Assembly (NCBI GenBank): GCA_965209155.1
Contig: OZ242383.1
Coordinates: 1,568,001 to 1,632,000, forward strand
Source of the DNA: a bacterium
GTDB lineage: Bacteria; SAR324; NAC60-12
Direction of reading: 5' to 3'
Length of the DNA: 64,000 nt
Below the pieces are notes generated by a model. That model was not told the DNA's origin and made no database searches. It saw nothing but the letters and a program-made list of their open reading frames with translations. Every line of letters begins with the position of its first letter. The first letter of the stretch is position 1. The position numbers were made by a program, and so were the translations under genes. Shown here piece after piece: positions 39,966 to 50,671 of this stretch.

Positions 39966-40784
39966 TCATTGCTGACACGAAGGGCAAAAGAAGCTACTGC
40001 GTTGCTGCTGGACAATGCGTTGAATGGGAGTGGAACAACGAGGACAGGGCTTCTCTGTTTTTCCATAAACTTTCAGAAAATTTTGAAAAACTCCGGTTTT
40101 CTGATCAACACGACGAAAGTCTGAAATGGAAGTGCCATTTTTTTCAATAGAAGCCTGAATTATTTTTTTGATCGAACGTACTAATTTTTTCAGTTCCCAC
40201 TGCTGCAACGTATTTCCCGGACGACGCGGTGAAATACGAGAATCGAATAAGATTTCAGCTGCGTATATATTTCCAATTCCTGCCACTTTACTTTGATTGA
40301 GTAGCAAGTTCTTGATAGGACTCACACTGCAGGTGAAACATTTTTTTAAAAAGGCCGTTGTCAAATCGGAAGAAAGTGGCTCAATACCAAGTTGGTTCAA
40401 GACTGGCTGATTTTCCAGGGATTCGTACAGTCTCAGAGTTCCAAAACAGCGCATGTCTGCAAATACCATCAGCAATTCAGGTTCCAGATGAAACCAAAGG
40501 CGGTGATCTTTGGCCGGATGGGAGAGCGGAGGGGTGACCAGGAATTTGCCCGTCATCCTCAAATGAGCCACCAACCACAAGGGTGGGTCCAATTTAAAAA
40601 TCAAGTACTTGGCACGACGAGTGACCGACCGGATGGTGTGACCTGAGAGACGTTGGGCAAATATCCCGGGATTTTCCGGACTGATAGCATTATTACGAAA
40701 TATGGTCACCGAGGTGATGATGTGGGAAACCACCGTCTTTTGCAATCCCCGGACAATGGTTTCCACTTCGGGTAACTCAGGCAT
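39966..40784 (-). CDS. mutM: Formamidopyrimidine-DNA glycosylase
   Basis: MPELPEVE, HLRMTG, AGIGNIYA, C-terminal CPRC...CPSCQ zinc finger. Confidence 0.96.
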   Translation of the reverse strand: MPELPEVETIVRGLQKTVVSHIITSVTIFRNNAISPENPGIFAQRLSGHTIRSVTRRAKYLIFKLDPPLWLVAHLRMTGKFLVTPPLSHPAKDHRLWFHLEPELLMVFADMRCFGTLRLYESLENQPVLNQLGIEPLSSDLTTAFLKKCFTCSVSPIKNLLLNQSKVAGIGNIYAAEILFDSRISPRRPGNTLQQWELKKLVRSIKKIIQASIEKNGTSISDFRRVDQKTGVFQNFLKVYGKTEKPCPRCSTPIQRIVQQQRSSFFCPSCQQ

Positions 40785-40854
40785 GTGATTCATGCTGGAA
40801 TAAAGTTTATGAGCCATCATAGCCTATTTCCAACCAATTTGAAGGAGAAACCGA

Positions 40855-42771
40855 TCAGGACGCTTTGTTTAGTGGAATTTTCATGCTTCTCAAATAAATG
40901 CGTAAAACACTAATCGCTGCGGGCGTCACACCGCTGATCCTGCTTGCCTGACCTAAATTGACAGGGCGATAATCCTGCAATTTTTGAATGATCTCCCGAG
41001 ACAAACCCGGAATGCCTTCGTATCGCAGGGTTTCCGGTAGAATAATGCTTTCCAATTGTTCAAAAGATTTCAGCTCCTGTTGTTGCCTTGCAATATAACC
41101 TTCGTATTTGGTTTCAATTTCGACTTGCTCCTGTACCGCTCCGGGATAAAGATGCCAGGGAATAGATGTATCCAGAAAGCGAAATTTCCGGAGCTTCTGG
41201 ATAGTCAATTTCGGACGTTTCAACAGCGCCATTGCATTGGTTCCTGTTTTCAACCTGGCTTCATGACAAGTCTCCAATTCTCCATTGACGGATTCCGTGG
41301 GTGTAATGCGGGAGGCTTGCAGTGTTGCTGAGAGTTGGAAAATTTTTTTCTTTTTTGACTCTACATGATGAAAACATTCTTTGGGAAGCAATCCCAATTT
41401 AAAGCCCTTCTCACTGAGGCGTTGATCCGCGTTGTCTTCGCGCAACAAAAGCCGGTATTCCGAACGCGAAGTGAACATACGATAAGGTTCATTGGTACCT
41501 TTGGAAATCAAATCGTCTATCAAAACCCCAATGTAAGCGTCGTTGCGTCTCAAGACAAAAGGGGGTGCGTTTCTCACTTTTAAAACAGCATTGATTCCCG
41601 CCATTATCCCTTGAGCAGCTGCTTCTTCATAACCGGAGGTGCCATTGATCTGCCCTGCCAGAAAAAGGTTGCGGACGTCTTTCAACTCCAAGGATGGGTA
41701 CAGTTGATTTGGCAGGACAAAATCGTATTCGATGGCATAACCAGGTTGGATGATTTCAACTTCCTCGAGTCCCGGGATGGTTTTTAAGAAGTCCTCCTGC
41801 ACCTCGGCGGGCATACTGGTTGAAAGACCATTGGGATAGATTTTCAGATCGCAAAGGCCCATCGGTTCTAAAAAAATCTGGTGGCGGGGTTTATCAGCGA
41901 ATCGGATCACTTTGTCTTCAATGGAAGGACAATATCGAGGACCAACACCCTGAATAGCGCCACTATACATTGCGGAGCGCTTGAGATTATTCCGGATGAT
42001 TTGATGCGTTTTTTCATTGGTATATGTAATATGACACGGCAATTGGGGTAAAAGAATTTCGGAATCCCAGAAAGAAAACTTCCTGATTGGATGATCGCCC
42101 CATTGAATTTCAGTTTGCTGCCAGTCGATAGTCCTGCGATCCAAACGAGCCGGTGTTCCTGTTTTCAATCGTCCCATACGAAGTTTTTTTCCTGCCAACG
42201 ACGGAGTGATTCCTGTGGATGAGGCTTCTCCAATTCGCCCTGCCTCAATTTTTTCTTCTCCACGGTGAATCAATCCATTGAGGAATGTTCCGGTAGTCAG
42301 GATTAAAGTTTGGGAATAAAATTCAACCTCTGCTCCAGAGCGAACTCCGAACACTTGAGACCCATGGAACAACAGTTCTTTCACCGTTCCGGTTTCTAAG
42401 GTCAGACGGGGTTGATTTTCGATTTTCTCCCGCATGTAATTTTTATAAATCCCCATTTCGGACTGACAACGGGTTCCTCGGGTGGCTGGCCCTTTGGAGC
42501 GATTGAGCACACGAAACTGGATGCCGGTAGCGTCAGCAGCTTTTCCCATTTCCCCACCCAAGGCGTCAATTTCTTTAACCAAATGTCCTTTTGCCAGTCC
42601 TCCAATAGCTGGATTGCAGGACATTTGCGCAATGGTGTCTTCGGACATGGTTAAAAGCAGGGTATTCGCACCCATGCGGGCGGCCGCTAAAGCTGCCTCA
42701 CAGCCGGCATGCCCAGCTCCCACTACCATTACGTCATACTTTTTTTCGGACGCTACATTTGCTTGAATCAA
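40855..42771 (-). CDS. mnmG: tRNA U34 carboxymethylaminomethyl modification enzyme
   Basis: GAGHAGCEAA, MSCNPAIGG, GPRYCPSIEDK, AGQINGTSGYEEAAAQG. Confidence 0.97.
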   Translation of the reverse strand: MIQANVASEKKYDVMVVGAGHAGCEAALAAARMGANTLLLTMSEDTIAQMSCNPAIGGLAKGHLVKEIDALGGEMGKAADATGIQFRVLNRSKGPATRGTRCQSEMGIYKNYMREKIENQPRLTLETGTVKELLFHGSQVFGVRSGAEVEFYSQTLILTTGTFLNGLIHRGEEKIEAGRIGEASSTGITPSLAGKKLRMGRLKTGTPARLDRRTIDWQQTEIQWGDHPIRKFSFWDSEILLPQLPCHITYTNEKTHQIIRNNLKRSAMYSGAIQGVGPRYCPSIEDKVIRFADKPRHQIFLEPMGLCDLKIYPNGLSTSMPAEVQEDFLKTIPGLEEVEIIQPGYAIEYDFVLPNQLYPSLELKDVRNLFLAGQINGTSGYEEAAAQGIMAGINAVLKVRNAPPFVLRRNDAYIGVLIDDLISKGTNEPYRMFTSRSEYRLLLREDNADQRLSEKGFKLGLLPKECFHHVESKKKKIFQLSATLQASRITPTESVNGELETCHEARLKTGTNAMALLKRPKLTIQKLRKFRFLDTSIPWHLYPGAVQEQVEIETKYEGYIARQQQELKSFEQLESIILPETLRYEGIPGLSREIIQKLQDYRPVNLGQASRISGVTPAAISVLRIYLRSMKIPLNKAS

Positions 42772-43059
42772 TCCGTCTGTCTCCAGCTATCAGAGTTTCC
42801 TTCCATATCGATGGCAACAAATAAGTTGCGAAACGACTATTCTAAACTCACTCAGCAACTATTCCGGGAATTTATTTAAGGAAAGTGCATAGAAAATGAA
42901 ATTTCAGTAGAGACCTTATCATTTCATATCGTCATAAACAATCTTTTTACTCGGCACATATCTTGCTGGTATTTTGCCAGTCAGGCCTTCAAATCCATCA
43001 TTAAAAAAATTCCATTGGTTATCGGAAATTGCCCACCCTTCAATTGCGGAATCAAAACG

Positions 43060-44298
43060 ATGAAATTTTCAATTTTTCATTTCAGACTCGCTTGGAGCAT
43101 AATAATCGCTTGGACCTTTGTACTTTTTGTTTCGAATCTGACAAGGGCCAGTACGCAAAAAACTGACACCGGCATTCAATACCATATCGTAATAGCGGAA
43201 AGTTTGAACATGAGGGTAGGACCTGACAAGAAGCACCAAGTCATCAAGTTATTAAGCCGTGGTACTCGACTCGACCTTCGTCATGTCACTAAAAAAAAGT
43301 GGGCTTTGGTAAAAGACCCGGAAAGCAATATAGGCTGGGTTTTAAAAAAATATATCCGTAAAATCCGGCCAATGTCTTTACAGCAATCTCAAAATCAGGA
43401 GAAAGAGAATGTCGATAACTCTGCATTGGAAACCGCTATTAAGCAATTCATCGTCGATGTTAAACGCAAAGGACAAATGTATGCGGAAGATAATTTATCT
43501 CTGATCATTAAAGACCTTCACAGCGATAAATTAGTTGTCTCGATCAACCCAAACGCGCAAGTGAAAGCAGCCAGTCTGATCAAAGTTCCAATCCTGCATG
43601 CATACATGATTCATCGCTTTCGCGGCAAGATTGTACATTCCCAGAAAAAACAATGGAATCTGATACGTATGATTCGTTTAAGTGACAACCCCAGTACCAA
43701 TCAAATATTGAGACTGCTGGGAGGTCCTTGGGGCGCAATAAAAATTCTCGAAAATATGAGTCTCTATCAGCATTTGAAATTGGTAGAGTATATACCCAGA
43801 GGCGGCAAAACCTACTTGAATAAGATTTCTGCTGAAGATTTGAACCGGCTCTTCATCCTTTTGTGGGACCGGCAGGTGTTGGGAACTGATTTTTCTGCAA
43901 AATTGAATGAACAAGCATCCGATGAAATGTTGTATATCCTCGGACTTCCAAGCCGAAAAGGTGTAAATGATCGGCTCAAAGACGGCACTTGTTTTGCCAG
44001 GGACCATGATGTTAAAATTTGGGACAAAACTGGATTCGTAAGAGGATTGAATGCCGATGTCGGCATCATTGAAATCAATACGCCCGAAGGACGCCGTCCC
44101 TACTCGATTATCAGTATTATAGATCGTCCCAACTATCGTTCTATTCGGGGAAGTGGTTTATCCTGGGCCAAAAAACAAAGTCGACTTCATCGTAGAATCT
44201 CTGAGATGTCTTATGCCTATTTCAAAAACAAATATGGTGATTCTACAACGTGTGGCACCAAACAATTGACTTCTTACATAAAGTTGGCTTCCATTTGA
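43060..44298 (+). CDS. Exported SH3b-domain + class A beta-lactamase-like serine hydrolase
   Basis: Signal peptide; LNMRVGP...W...GWV SH3b; SLIK, SDN, KTG motifs. Confidence 0.8.
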   Translation: MKFSIFHFRLAWSIIIAWTFVLFVSNLTRASTQKTDTGIQYHIVIAESLNMRVGPDKKHQVIKLLSRGTRLDLRHVTKKKWALVKDPESNIGWVLKKYIRKIRPMSLQQSQNQEKENVDNSALETAIKQFIVDVKRKGQMYAEDNLSLIIKDLHSDKLVVSINPNAQVKAASLIKVPILHAYMIHRFRGKIVHSQKKQWNLIRMIRLSDNPSTNQILRLLGGPWGAIKILENMSLYQHLKLVEYIPRGGKTYLNKISAEDLNRLFILLWDRQVLGTDFSAKLNEQASDEMLYILGLPSRKGVNDRLKDGTCFARDHDVKIWDKTGFVRGLNADVGIIEINTPEGRRPYSIISIIDRPNYRSIRGSGLSWAKKQSRLHRRISEMSYAYFKNKYGDSTTCGTKQLTSYIKLASI

Positions 44299-44515
44299 TC
44301 CGAAATACTTTCCTGCTCCAACCACCCCATTGATTTTTCCGGTAATAAATTCCGAAGACATTCGAGTATGCCAGTGACAAGCGCATATACCGGCAACGGT
44401 GCGTAAAACAGCATATTGGAGAGTGGAGGTGTTAAGGATTTCCTCAGAAAAATACGCAAAAACTTTGTTGTAAAATATTGAAAAACCCCTAAAATAGATG
44501 GTGGATTCCTCCAAT

Positions 44516-44589
44516 GGCGAGCGTAGCTCAGCCGGTAGAGCGCTGGATTGTGATTCCAGTGGTCGAGGGTTCAAGTCCCTTCGCTCGCC
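44516..44589 (+). tRNA. tRNA-His(GTG)
   Basis: Cloverleaf with G-1:C73; anticodon loop TTGTGAT; CCA not fully encoded. Confidence 0.95.
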
Positions 44590-44605
44590 CACCTTACCGT
44601 GTCAG

Positions 44606-44682
44606 GCGCCTGTAGCTCAGTTGGATAGAGCAGTAGACTTCGAATCTAAAGGCCGGAGGTTCGAATCCTCCCAGGCGTGCCA
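44606..44682 (+). tRNA. tRNA-Arg(TCG)
   Basis: Cloverleaf; loop CTTCGAA; GGTTCGAATCC; CCA end. Confidence 0.95.
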
Positions 44683-44826
44683 ATGTACTCCTACATCCGT
44701 ATTTTCTCGAGGGTTCCTTTGAAGAAACAGTTTACTGGTGCGTGAACGAAAACTTCCACATCACTTGAAGAATTAGAGATATCGGGCTATTATTTACCTT
44801 GAATAAAAAATTTAATGCAAAGCATC

Positions 44827-44855
44827 TTGACAAGTCAAAATTGCCCAGATAGGCT
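44827..44855 (+). promoter_or_regulatory. sigma70-like promoter upstream of tRNA-Ile/Ala
   Basis: TTGACA-N17-TAGGCT preceded by an AT-rich UP-like tract. Confidence 0.55.
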
Positions 44856-45032
44856 GTCTGTCTTTAGGTCTGACTCCAGCAGAGACGCATAATTCTCGCG
44901 AACATGGGATCTGGAGTTTGCAGGATATTATTTGGAATCCTTACAAAAGATACGCTTGGGTTTTCTGCTTGTTTCGCCGTTTTCTTTTGAGTGGCTTCTA
45001 TTCTCAGATGAATTGTTGAAGGCATGAAGAAA

Positions 45033-45109
<77 letters not shown>

Positions 45110-45159
45110 ATCCGTCCATTTGAGAATAAAAACTGCGGCATCGAGCAAATAAATATTTT

Positions 45160-45235
<76 letters not shown>

Positions 45236-45389
45236 TCATCGTGTTTATGATGGTGAACGAAATGATTGCCAGCGCTTTTGGCGAAAAGAATTTTTCAATG
45301 AGTTCCTGTATGCGGAAAACCAATCCCTTTACTAAAGTCAGGAATACCAATGTCGGAGCACCGGACCGATGCTAGATTTATAGAATGAA

Positions 45390-45464
<75 letters not shown>

Positions 45465-45532
45465 GCTTGTACATTAGGAAATTTCAAAGAGTATGATCCT
45501 GGAGTGCCATTAAACCCGAAGAGGAGAGGACA

Positions 45533-46090
45533 ATAGCAAATCAAAGAAAACGTCAATCTAAAGTTGAGGAAAAAGCTCGTATCAACGAAAAAATAGCTGC
45601 TCCCGAAGTTCGGGTCATCAGCGCAGAAGGAAAACAAGTTGGGATACTCATGACCGTAAAAGCCTTGGAGATAGCAGAGAACCAAGGATTGGATTTGATT
45701 GAGGTTTCCCCACATGCCAATCCCCCGGTTTGCCGACTGATGGACTATGGCAAATACAAGTATCAACGCAGTAAAAAACAGCACGAAGCCAAGAAAAATC
45801 AAAAAATTGTCCATCTCAAAGAAATCAAGTTGAGACCCAAGACCGAGAAACACGATCTTGATTTTAAACTGAACAATGCTCTGCGATTTTTAAAAGATGG
45901 TAATAAAGTCAAAGTGATCGTGACGTTTCGTGGGCGTGAGATGACGCATCGGGAAATTGGCATTGCATTGTTGGAAAAGTTTCACGAATCCATTGGAGAA
46001 AGAGGCGTGATTGAACAGCAGTTGAAGGATGAAGGTCGCAGTATTTCATTGATATTGGCACCTAGTAAGATGAAGCAGATGAAAAGGTAG
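45533..46090 (+). CDS. infC: Translation initiation factor IF-3 (non-canonical ATA start)
   Basis: GAGGAG RBS then in-frame ATA; the extension encodes RINEKIAAPEVRVI; PPVCRLMDYGKY, KEIKLRP. Confidence 0.95.
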   Translation: MANQRKRQSKVEEKARINEKIAAPEVRVISAEGKQVGILMTVKALEIAENQGLDLIEVSPHANPPVCRLMDYGKYKYQRSKKQHEAKKNQKIVHLKEIKLRPKTEKHDLDFKLNNALRFLKDGNKVKVIVTFRGREMTHREIGIALLEKFHESIGERGVIEQQLKDEGRSISLILAPSKMKQMKR

Positions 46091-46095
46091 CAATC

Positions 46096-46299
46096 ATGGC
46101 AAAAGTAAAAACAAAGACAAATCGAGGCGCAGCCAAACGATTCAAGATTAAAAGCAGTGGTAAGATTAAACGTAAAAGAGCGTATTTACGACACGGTATG
46201 CGCAAGAAACCTCCGAAAGTCAAACGCACCTTGAGGAGTAAGACCTATGTCACTGCGACTGATGCTCCTGCAGTGAGGAAACTATTGCCAAACGGATAA
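46096..46299 (+). CDS. rpmI: 50S ribosomal protein L35
   Basis: KTNRGAAKRFK; position after infC. Confidence 0.95.
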   Translation: MAKVKTKTNRGAAKRFKIKSSGKIKRKRAYLRHGMRKKPPKVKRTLRSKTYVTATDAPAVRKLLPNG

Positions 46300-46317
46300 A
46301 TTAGCAGAGGAAACACC

Positions 46318-46677
46318 ATGGCCCGGATTAAGAGAGCTTTACAAGCTCGCAAAAGGAAAAAAAATTATTTTAAAGCAGCCAAAGGATTTCGAGGTGCACG
46401 CAGTCGTTTATGGCGTACTGTAAAAAATGCCGTGGATCGTGCCCGGCAATATAGTTACCGGGACCGACGTGTCAGAAAACGTGACTTTCGCAGATTGTGG
46501 ATTGTGCGAATCAACGCCGCGGTTCGAGCGCACGGCCTCAGTTACAGTCAATTCATTCATGGTCTCCAACTGGCCAAAATCGAATTGGACCGAAAGGCGC
46601 TTGCTCACTTGGCGATGGAAGAATCGGACGCTTTTGATTCTATAGTAGAAAAGGTAAAGGCAAAGCTGACTGCTTAA
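46318..46677 (+). CDS. rplT: 50S ribosomal protein L20
   Basis: [24 protein letters not shown]. Confidence 0.97.
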   Translation: MARIKRALQARKRKKNYFKAAKGFRGARSRLWRTVKNAVDRARQYSYRDRRVRKRDFRRLWIVRINAAVRAHGLSYSQFIHGLQLAKIELDRKALAHLAMEESDAFDSIVEKVKAKLTA

Positions 46678-46856
46678 ATTCGAGGACCGTTACAATTTCA
46701 AAAATTGAGCGATTGTTATAAAAAAGCTCTTACCCATGGAGAAAAAGCGTTTTATTTCAGTGAATGACACCAAAACAGAATCTAACACGGTCCCAGAGGT
46801 GGAGAGCTTTACGGAAAAAGATGTAACAATTCAGGTATCAGTAAATGTCCCGGAAT

Positions 46857-47201
46857 TCACTGGTTTAAAAATTCATGAAGAGCTTGGATATCGTTGCTGA
46901 GGTGGGGTAGGGGGACCATGATTTTTGTGGTTCTCTTTGGAACGTAACCAGCCGGATATTTCCCTTCCAGGAGTCTCACTTGCAGGAGTTCCAGTGATGA
47001 ATACGCCACAGAAGGTCCAATAGCTCCGTTTTGTTTTGGATCCGTATGATGACATGCTGCACAATTCGCAATATAGACGGCTTTTCCTTTTTGCAGCAAC
47101 TTGTTATCTACTGCATTTCGTGAATTGGAATTTCGGCTTTTTTCGCATCCGAATACGACGATCAAAAAGCATCCTAAAATCCATCCAGTGCGAAATCTCA
47201 T
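46857..47201 (-). CDS. Monoheme cytochrome c, probable lipoprotein
   Basis: Lipobox VFGC; CAACH; distal Met candidate in KIMVPL. Confidence 0.8.
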   Translation of the reverse strand: MRFRTGWILGCFLIVVFGCEKSRNSNSRNAVDNKLLQKGKAVYIANCAACHHTDPKQNGAIGPSVAYSSLELLQVRLLEGKYPAGYVPKRTTKIMVPLPHLSNDIQALHEFLNQ

Positions 47202-47301
47202 AAAAAAGGAGGTATTTTCAGCGGATTTTGAGAAAGGTTGAAAGGCGCCAATCCGGATTGACTCGGATTGGCGTTCTCCAGAGTGAAAATGAGGAAGAAA
47301 T

Positions 47302-47997
47302 TCAGGATATAATTTCAATGACTGCGTATAAAACCACTGAAAGTACAAACCCCCAAGTGATCACTCCTTTCACGGTTGTCATGACACTCGGTTTCCCCAC
47401 AATACCATTTATTTCGATTGCCCCCACAATGATGGCAAGTACAATCCATAAAGTCCATCTGTTATAGTCGTCTGCGTAATTCAAAGGCAAGTGACTTGCT
47501 GCTCCCATGAAAAATAACATCGGAACAGAAAATAAAGTGTTCGTCCGAGAAGCCAAAGTCGCTTTTGCACCCCGGTCCAATGCGTCTGGAAGTGCCTCTC
47601 GTCCTTCGGCCACTTGGTTTGCCGATTCAATGACTACTTTTTGTGCTGGCCAAATAATAAACCAGACGTTCAAGAACATCAGAGTTCCCAATGCCGAACC
47701 GAGTAATATGAAGATACCCCACGAGCTATCGTAAACGGCCCAACCCGCTTGCAAACCTTTCAACAGTAGCGTCAGGGCTCCTGCCAGAAAAGTCACCATT
47801 GCTGCCCACCTGAACCACCATAAAGCACGCGGTACCAATTTCTGAACCGCAGCAGATTTAACATCAGCCTCTGCTTCCTTAAACCATTCGCTTTGCACAA
47901 AATTAAAATAATAGAGAAGGCCGATCCAGGTAATCCCTGCTAAAAAATGGGCCCAACGTAATAACATATACAAACCGTCCATTGTGAATACTGCCAT
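47302..47997 (-). CDS. Urate_ox_N / PuuD-like membrane protein
   Basis: RWAHFLAGITWIGLLYYFNFVQ, ALWWFRWAA, MFLNVWFIIWPAQK, SRTNT.FS.PM.FFM..ASH. Confidence 0.82.
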   Translation of the reverse strand: MAVFTMDGLYMLLRWAHFLAGITWIGLLYYFNFVQSEWFKEAEADVKSAAVQKLVPRALWWFRWAAMVTFLAGALTLLLKGLQAGWAVYDSSWGIFILLGSALGTLMFLNVWFIIWPAQKVVIESANQVAEGREALPDALDRGAKATLASRTNTLFSVPMLFFMGAASHLPLNYADDYNRWTLWIVLAIIVGAIEINGIVGKPSVMTTVKGVITWGFVLSVVLYAVIEIIS

Positions 47998-48196
47998 TGC
48001 TTTCTCTCCTTCCTGAAAGGTGATCATCTCTTCAGAGTTTATTTTAAAACCTCTCTCAATGAAAGATTTAATCCATCAACCGTAGATTAATATTGGATTC
48101 GGTCGTATGTCAAGTTTTAATTATAATTTTTTTACAAACATTTTCCCTTAGCTACATCCTGACTCCAGGTAGTAGAAAGAACGAATGGGAAAAATC

Positions 48197-49471
48197 TCAA
48201 TGACCATGCCATGATTTGCAGAGATGTTTGTCTGAAATAGGGACGATCGGTACCTTTCCCAAAAAAGTGAAATAACAGAGGAAAAAGGCTCCCAGAAATC
48301 CAAGCGTGATCAGAATTTCATGAGCGCCGAAATTTATATGATAATGACCCGGCTCTTGAAGCGAGGGGACAATGAGCAAATACATGGCAACCCAATGCCC
48401 GATTGCGACATAGATTCCCACTATGCGTATGATCCAAGGAATACGGCAAATCGTCTTGGGCAACAAGATCAAAAAAACAGACACGAAAATCCACAATATG
48501 ACAATGACGAACAACGTTTGCCAGGGTTGCTCGAACGAACGAATGACCAGGAAAGGCGTTTCCTCGGGAAGGTCCGCATACCATATGACGAGATATTGAG
48601 AGTAACCCATGTAGGTCCATACCAATGAAAAGGCAAACGTCATTTTTGCCAGATCATGCAGGCGGTTGATAGTGATATACTCCCCAAGGTCCAGCCGGTT
48701 ACGAAACGTAACTGCCACTGCCAACAGGATTCCCAGGGCGGTTTGCAAACTGCCGACCATTATGAAAACGCCGAAAAGGGTGCTGAACCATTCCTGATCC
48801 AGACTCATGATGAAATCCCAGGCAATGAAGGATGCGGCAATTGTATAAATCAATGCCAACGTGGGAGCCAGTCTGCGAGAAAGCTGCTCCAATCGGAGCA
48901 CTTCATTTTCATGTGTCCCATATCCCTTGAGAAGAAAATCACCTAGTTTGCCTCCCCAACCCTCCGACAATTGACGGGCCAGCCCAAAATCAGGCTTGAG
49001 GGAAGTGATCACGAAGAGGTATGAAACCCCATACATCAATACCAGCCAGAAAATATTTCGAGCGACGAAGAAATGGAGATTGAGCCAACCAGCCTTGACC
49101 GCATGTCCGTGGTGTATAAAGGGCTTTTCCACCCATTCATAGAGGATATGGCTACCAAAAAAAACCAGGACAAAAAGGAAAAAAGCCACTGGTAAAAATG
49201 CTCCGCATGCTTCTGCCATGCGTTTGAAGGGCCTTGCCCATTTGGCATCGGTAATTTGCCAGATCACCGACCAAATCACACCGGCTTGGGCCAATCCCCC
49301 CCAGAACATCACATTGATTAACAAGGTCTCCCAAGTACGAACCAACCCTTGATGATCACCCGTAGTCAAGCCAATGATGAACATCAGCACTCCGAGGACG
49401 ACACAGATCCAAAGTCCCATTCTCACAGGAGCAGACATTTCAAAGCCGGACTTATCCAATAACTCTTTCAT
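48197..49471 (-). CDS. actF: Alternative complex III subunit F
   Basis: DFIMSLDQEWFSTLFG, LHDLAK..FAF, SQYLVIWYADLPEE. Confidence 0.85.
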   Translation of the reverse strand: MKELLDKSGFEMSAPVRMGLWICVVLGVLMFIIGLTTGDHQGLVRTWETLLINVMFWGGLAQAGVIWSVIWQITDAKWARPFKRMAEACGAFLPVAFFLFVLVFFGSHILYEWVEKPFIHHGHAVKAGWLNLHFFVARNIFWLVLMYGVSYLFVITSLKPDFGLARQLSEGWGGKLGDFLLKGYGTHENEVLRLEQLSRRLAPTLALIYTIAASFIAWDFIMSLDQEWFSTLFGVFIMVGSLQTALGILLAVAVTFRNRLDLGEYITINRLHDLAKMTFAFSLVWTYMGYSQYLVIWYADLPEETPFLVIRSFEQPWQTLFVIVILWIFVSVFLILLPKTICRIPWIIRIVGIYVAIGHWVAMYLLIVPSLQEPGHYHINFGAHEILITLGFLGAFFLCYFTFLGKVPIVPISDKHLCKSWHGH

Positions 49472-50163
49472 CGAATCGTCTCCTTACCAAATTTTTCGCT
49501 TTTCATGTAATTGACCATATCCCAACGGTCTTGAGGAGAGGTTTGCGCTCCATAAGACGGCATCAATCCAGGCAAAGGGTAATAGTATCCCGCATTGTAA
49601 AAACTGCCGAACCGGATTTTGTTGTAAAGATGGGGCTCGCCAAACGTTTGAATATATAGGCTCAAGTCGGCAGGAATGTAGAGAATCCCCTTCGCTTTAC
49701 TGGCAACGACACTTTCGGCTTTTCCCGTTTTTCCGTGGCAAACGCTGCAATAGGTGTTGAAAAGTATACGTCCTCTCGCAATCGATTCATCGGTGGCTAC
49801 TGTTGGGTTTTCAGGTTTCATTTCCCGTTCGGCAAAGAGCATGGGTTCAAAAATGGTTTGAATTTTTCCCAGGCTGAATTTGACGGGAACCGCACCTTTC
49901 GGAAATTGCTGGTAGGTGCCTTCTTCCTGCGCTTTGATTCCAACGCCATCAAACATTTCCTGGTAGTAAGGAATTTTGACCCAATCGAACCATGGACGCG
50001 CGTCGTCCTTGAAATTGAAACCTCCCTTTTCCGGGTCGCTTAAAGGACGGTTGGGAGGATTGGCCCAGCAAATCATACCAATACTGAGAATCAGCAAGAG
50101 CATGACTAGTCGACAAACGGATTTGCGAATACTATCCATCAGAATTAATTTAACGAATTTCAA
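49468..50163 (-). CDS. actE: Alternative complex III monoheme cytochrome c subunit E
   Basis: CSVCHG, MPSYG...DRWD; operon position. Confidence 0.8.
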   Translation of the reverse strand: MKFVKLILMDSIRKSVCRLVMLLLILSIGMICWANPPNRPLSDPEKGGFNFKDDARPWFDWVKIPYYQEMFDGVGIKAQEEGTYQQFPKGAVPVKFSLGKIQTIFEPMLFAEREMKPENPTVATDESIARGRILFNTYCSVCHGKTGKAESVVASKAKGILYIPADLSLYIQTFGEPHLYNKIRFGSFYNAGYYYPLPGLMPSYGAQTSPQDRWDMVNYMKSEKFGKETIR

Positions 50164-50671
50164 CGTGGACCTCCTCGGCTCCGTGAGCTTTTAAGAGTTT
50201 TTCAAAGTCATGGGTTTGAGTTGGTTCACAAGGGACCACCAGACCGAATCGATCTCTTTGAAAGCGTGTGTACTGTTTAACCCCTTTCGGCAGAGGATAC
50301 CGTAACGAATCAATCGCGATCAAAAGAATCATGCCCGCCAACGTGAAGAGTGCGGTGAACATAATGGTCAATTCAAATCCGATGATGGTGAAGGGTGGAA
50401 TCGCCAAAAGCGGTTTCCCCCCCACTGGTAAGACCCAATCAGATGCCGTCCAGGCGGGAAAGCTGTATCCAGTCAAGCAACCCAACGCGCCGAAAATCAA
50501 AGCTATGAAGGGCAGTCGGGTTTGAGGATCACCCAACGCATGTTCGATTTCATGCCGAGGGCAAGGAGAAAGTACTTGAGGTTGTGTTCCTTGCGCTCTC
50601 ACTTTTTTAATTGCCTCGGTGAGTTCGTCAAGATACTCAAAACTAGCCCAAACTCCATTAAACTTGCTCAT
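50150..50671 (-). CDS. actD: Alternative complex III subunit D (DUF3341)
   Basis: SPCP.H, VGGKP, FELTI. Confidence 0.85.
   Translation of the reverse strand: MSKFNGVWASFEYLDELTEAIKKVRAQGTQPQVLSPCPRHEIEHALGDPQTRLPFIALIFGALGCLTGYSFPAWTASDWVLPVGGKPLLAIPPFTIIGFELTIMFTALFTLAGMILLIAIDSLRYPLPKGVKQYTRFQRDRFGLVVPCEPTQTHDFEKLLKAHGAEEVHVEIR

Noticed and set aside
44860..45030. 16S rRNA remnant (CTGGAGTTTG)
   Set aside because: No AGAGTTTGATC 5' end or GGATCACCTCC 3' end; match too short
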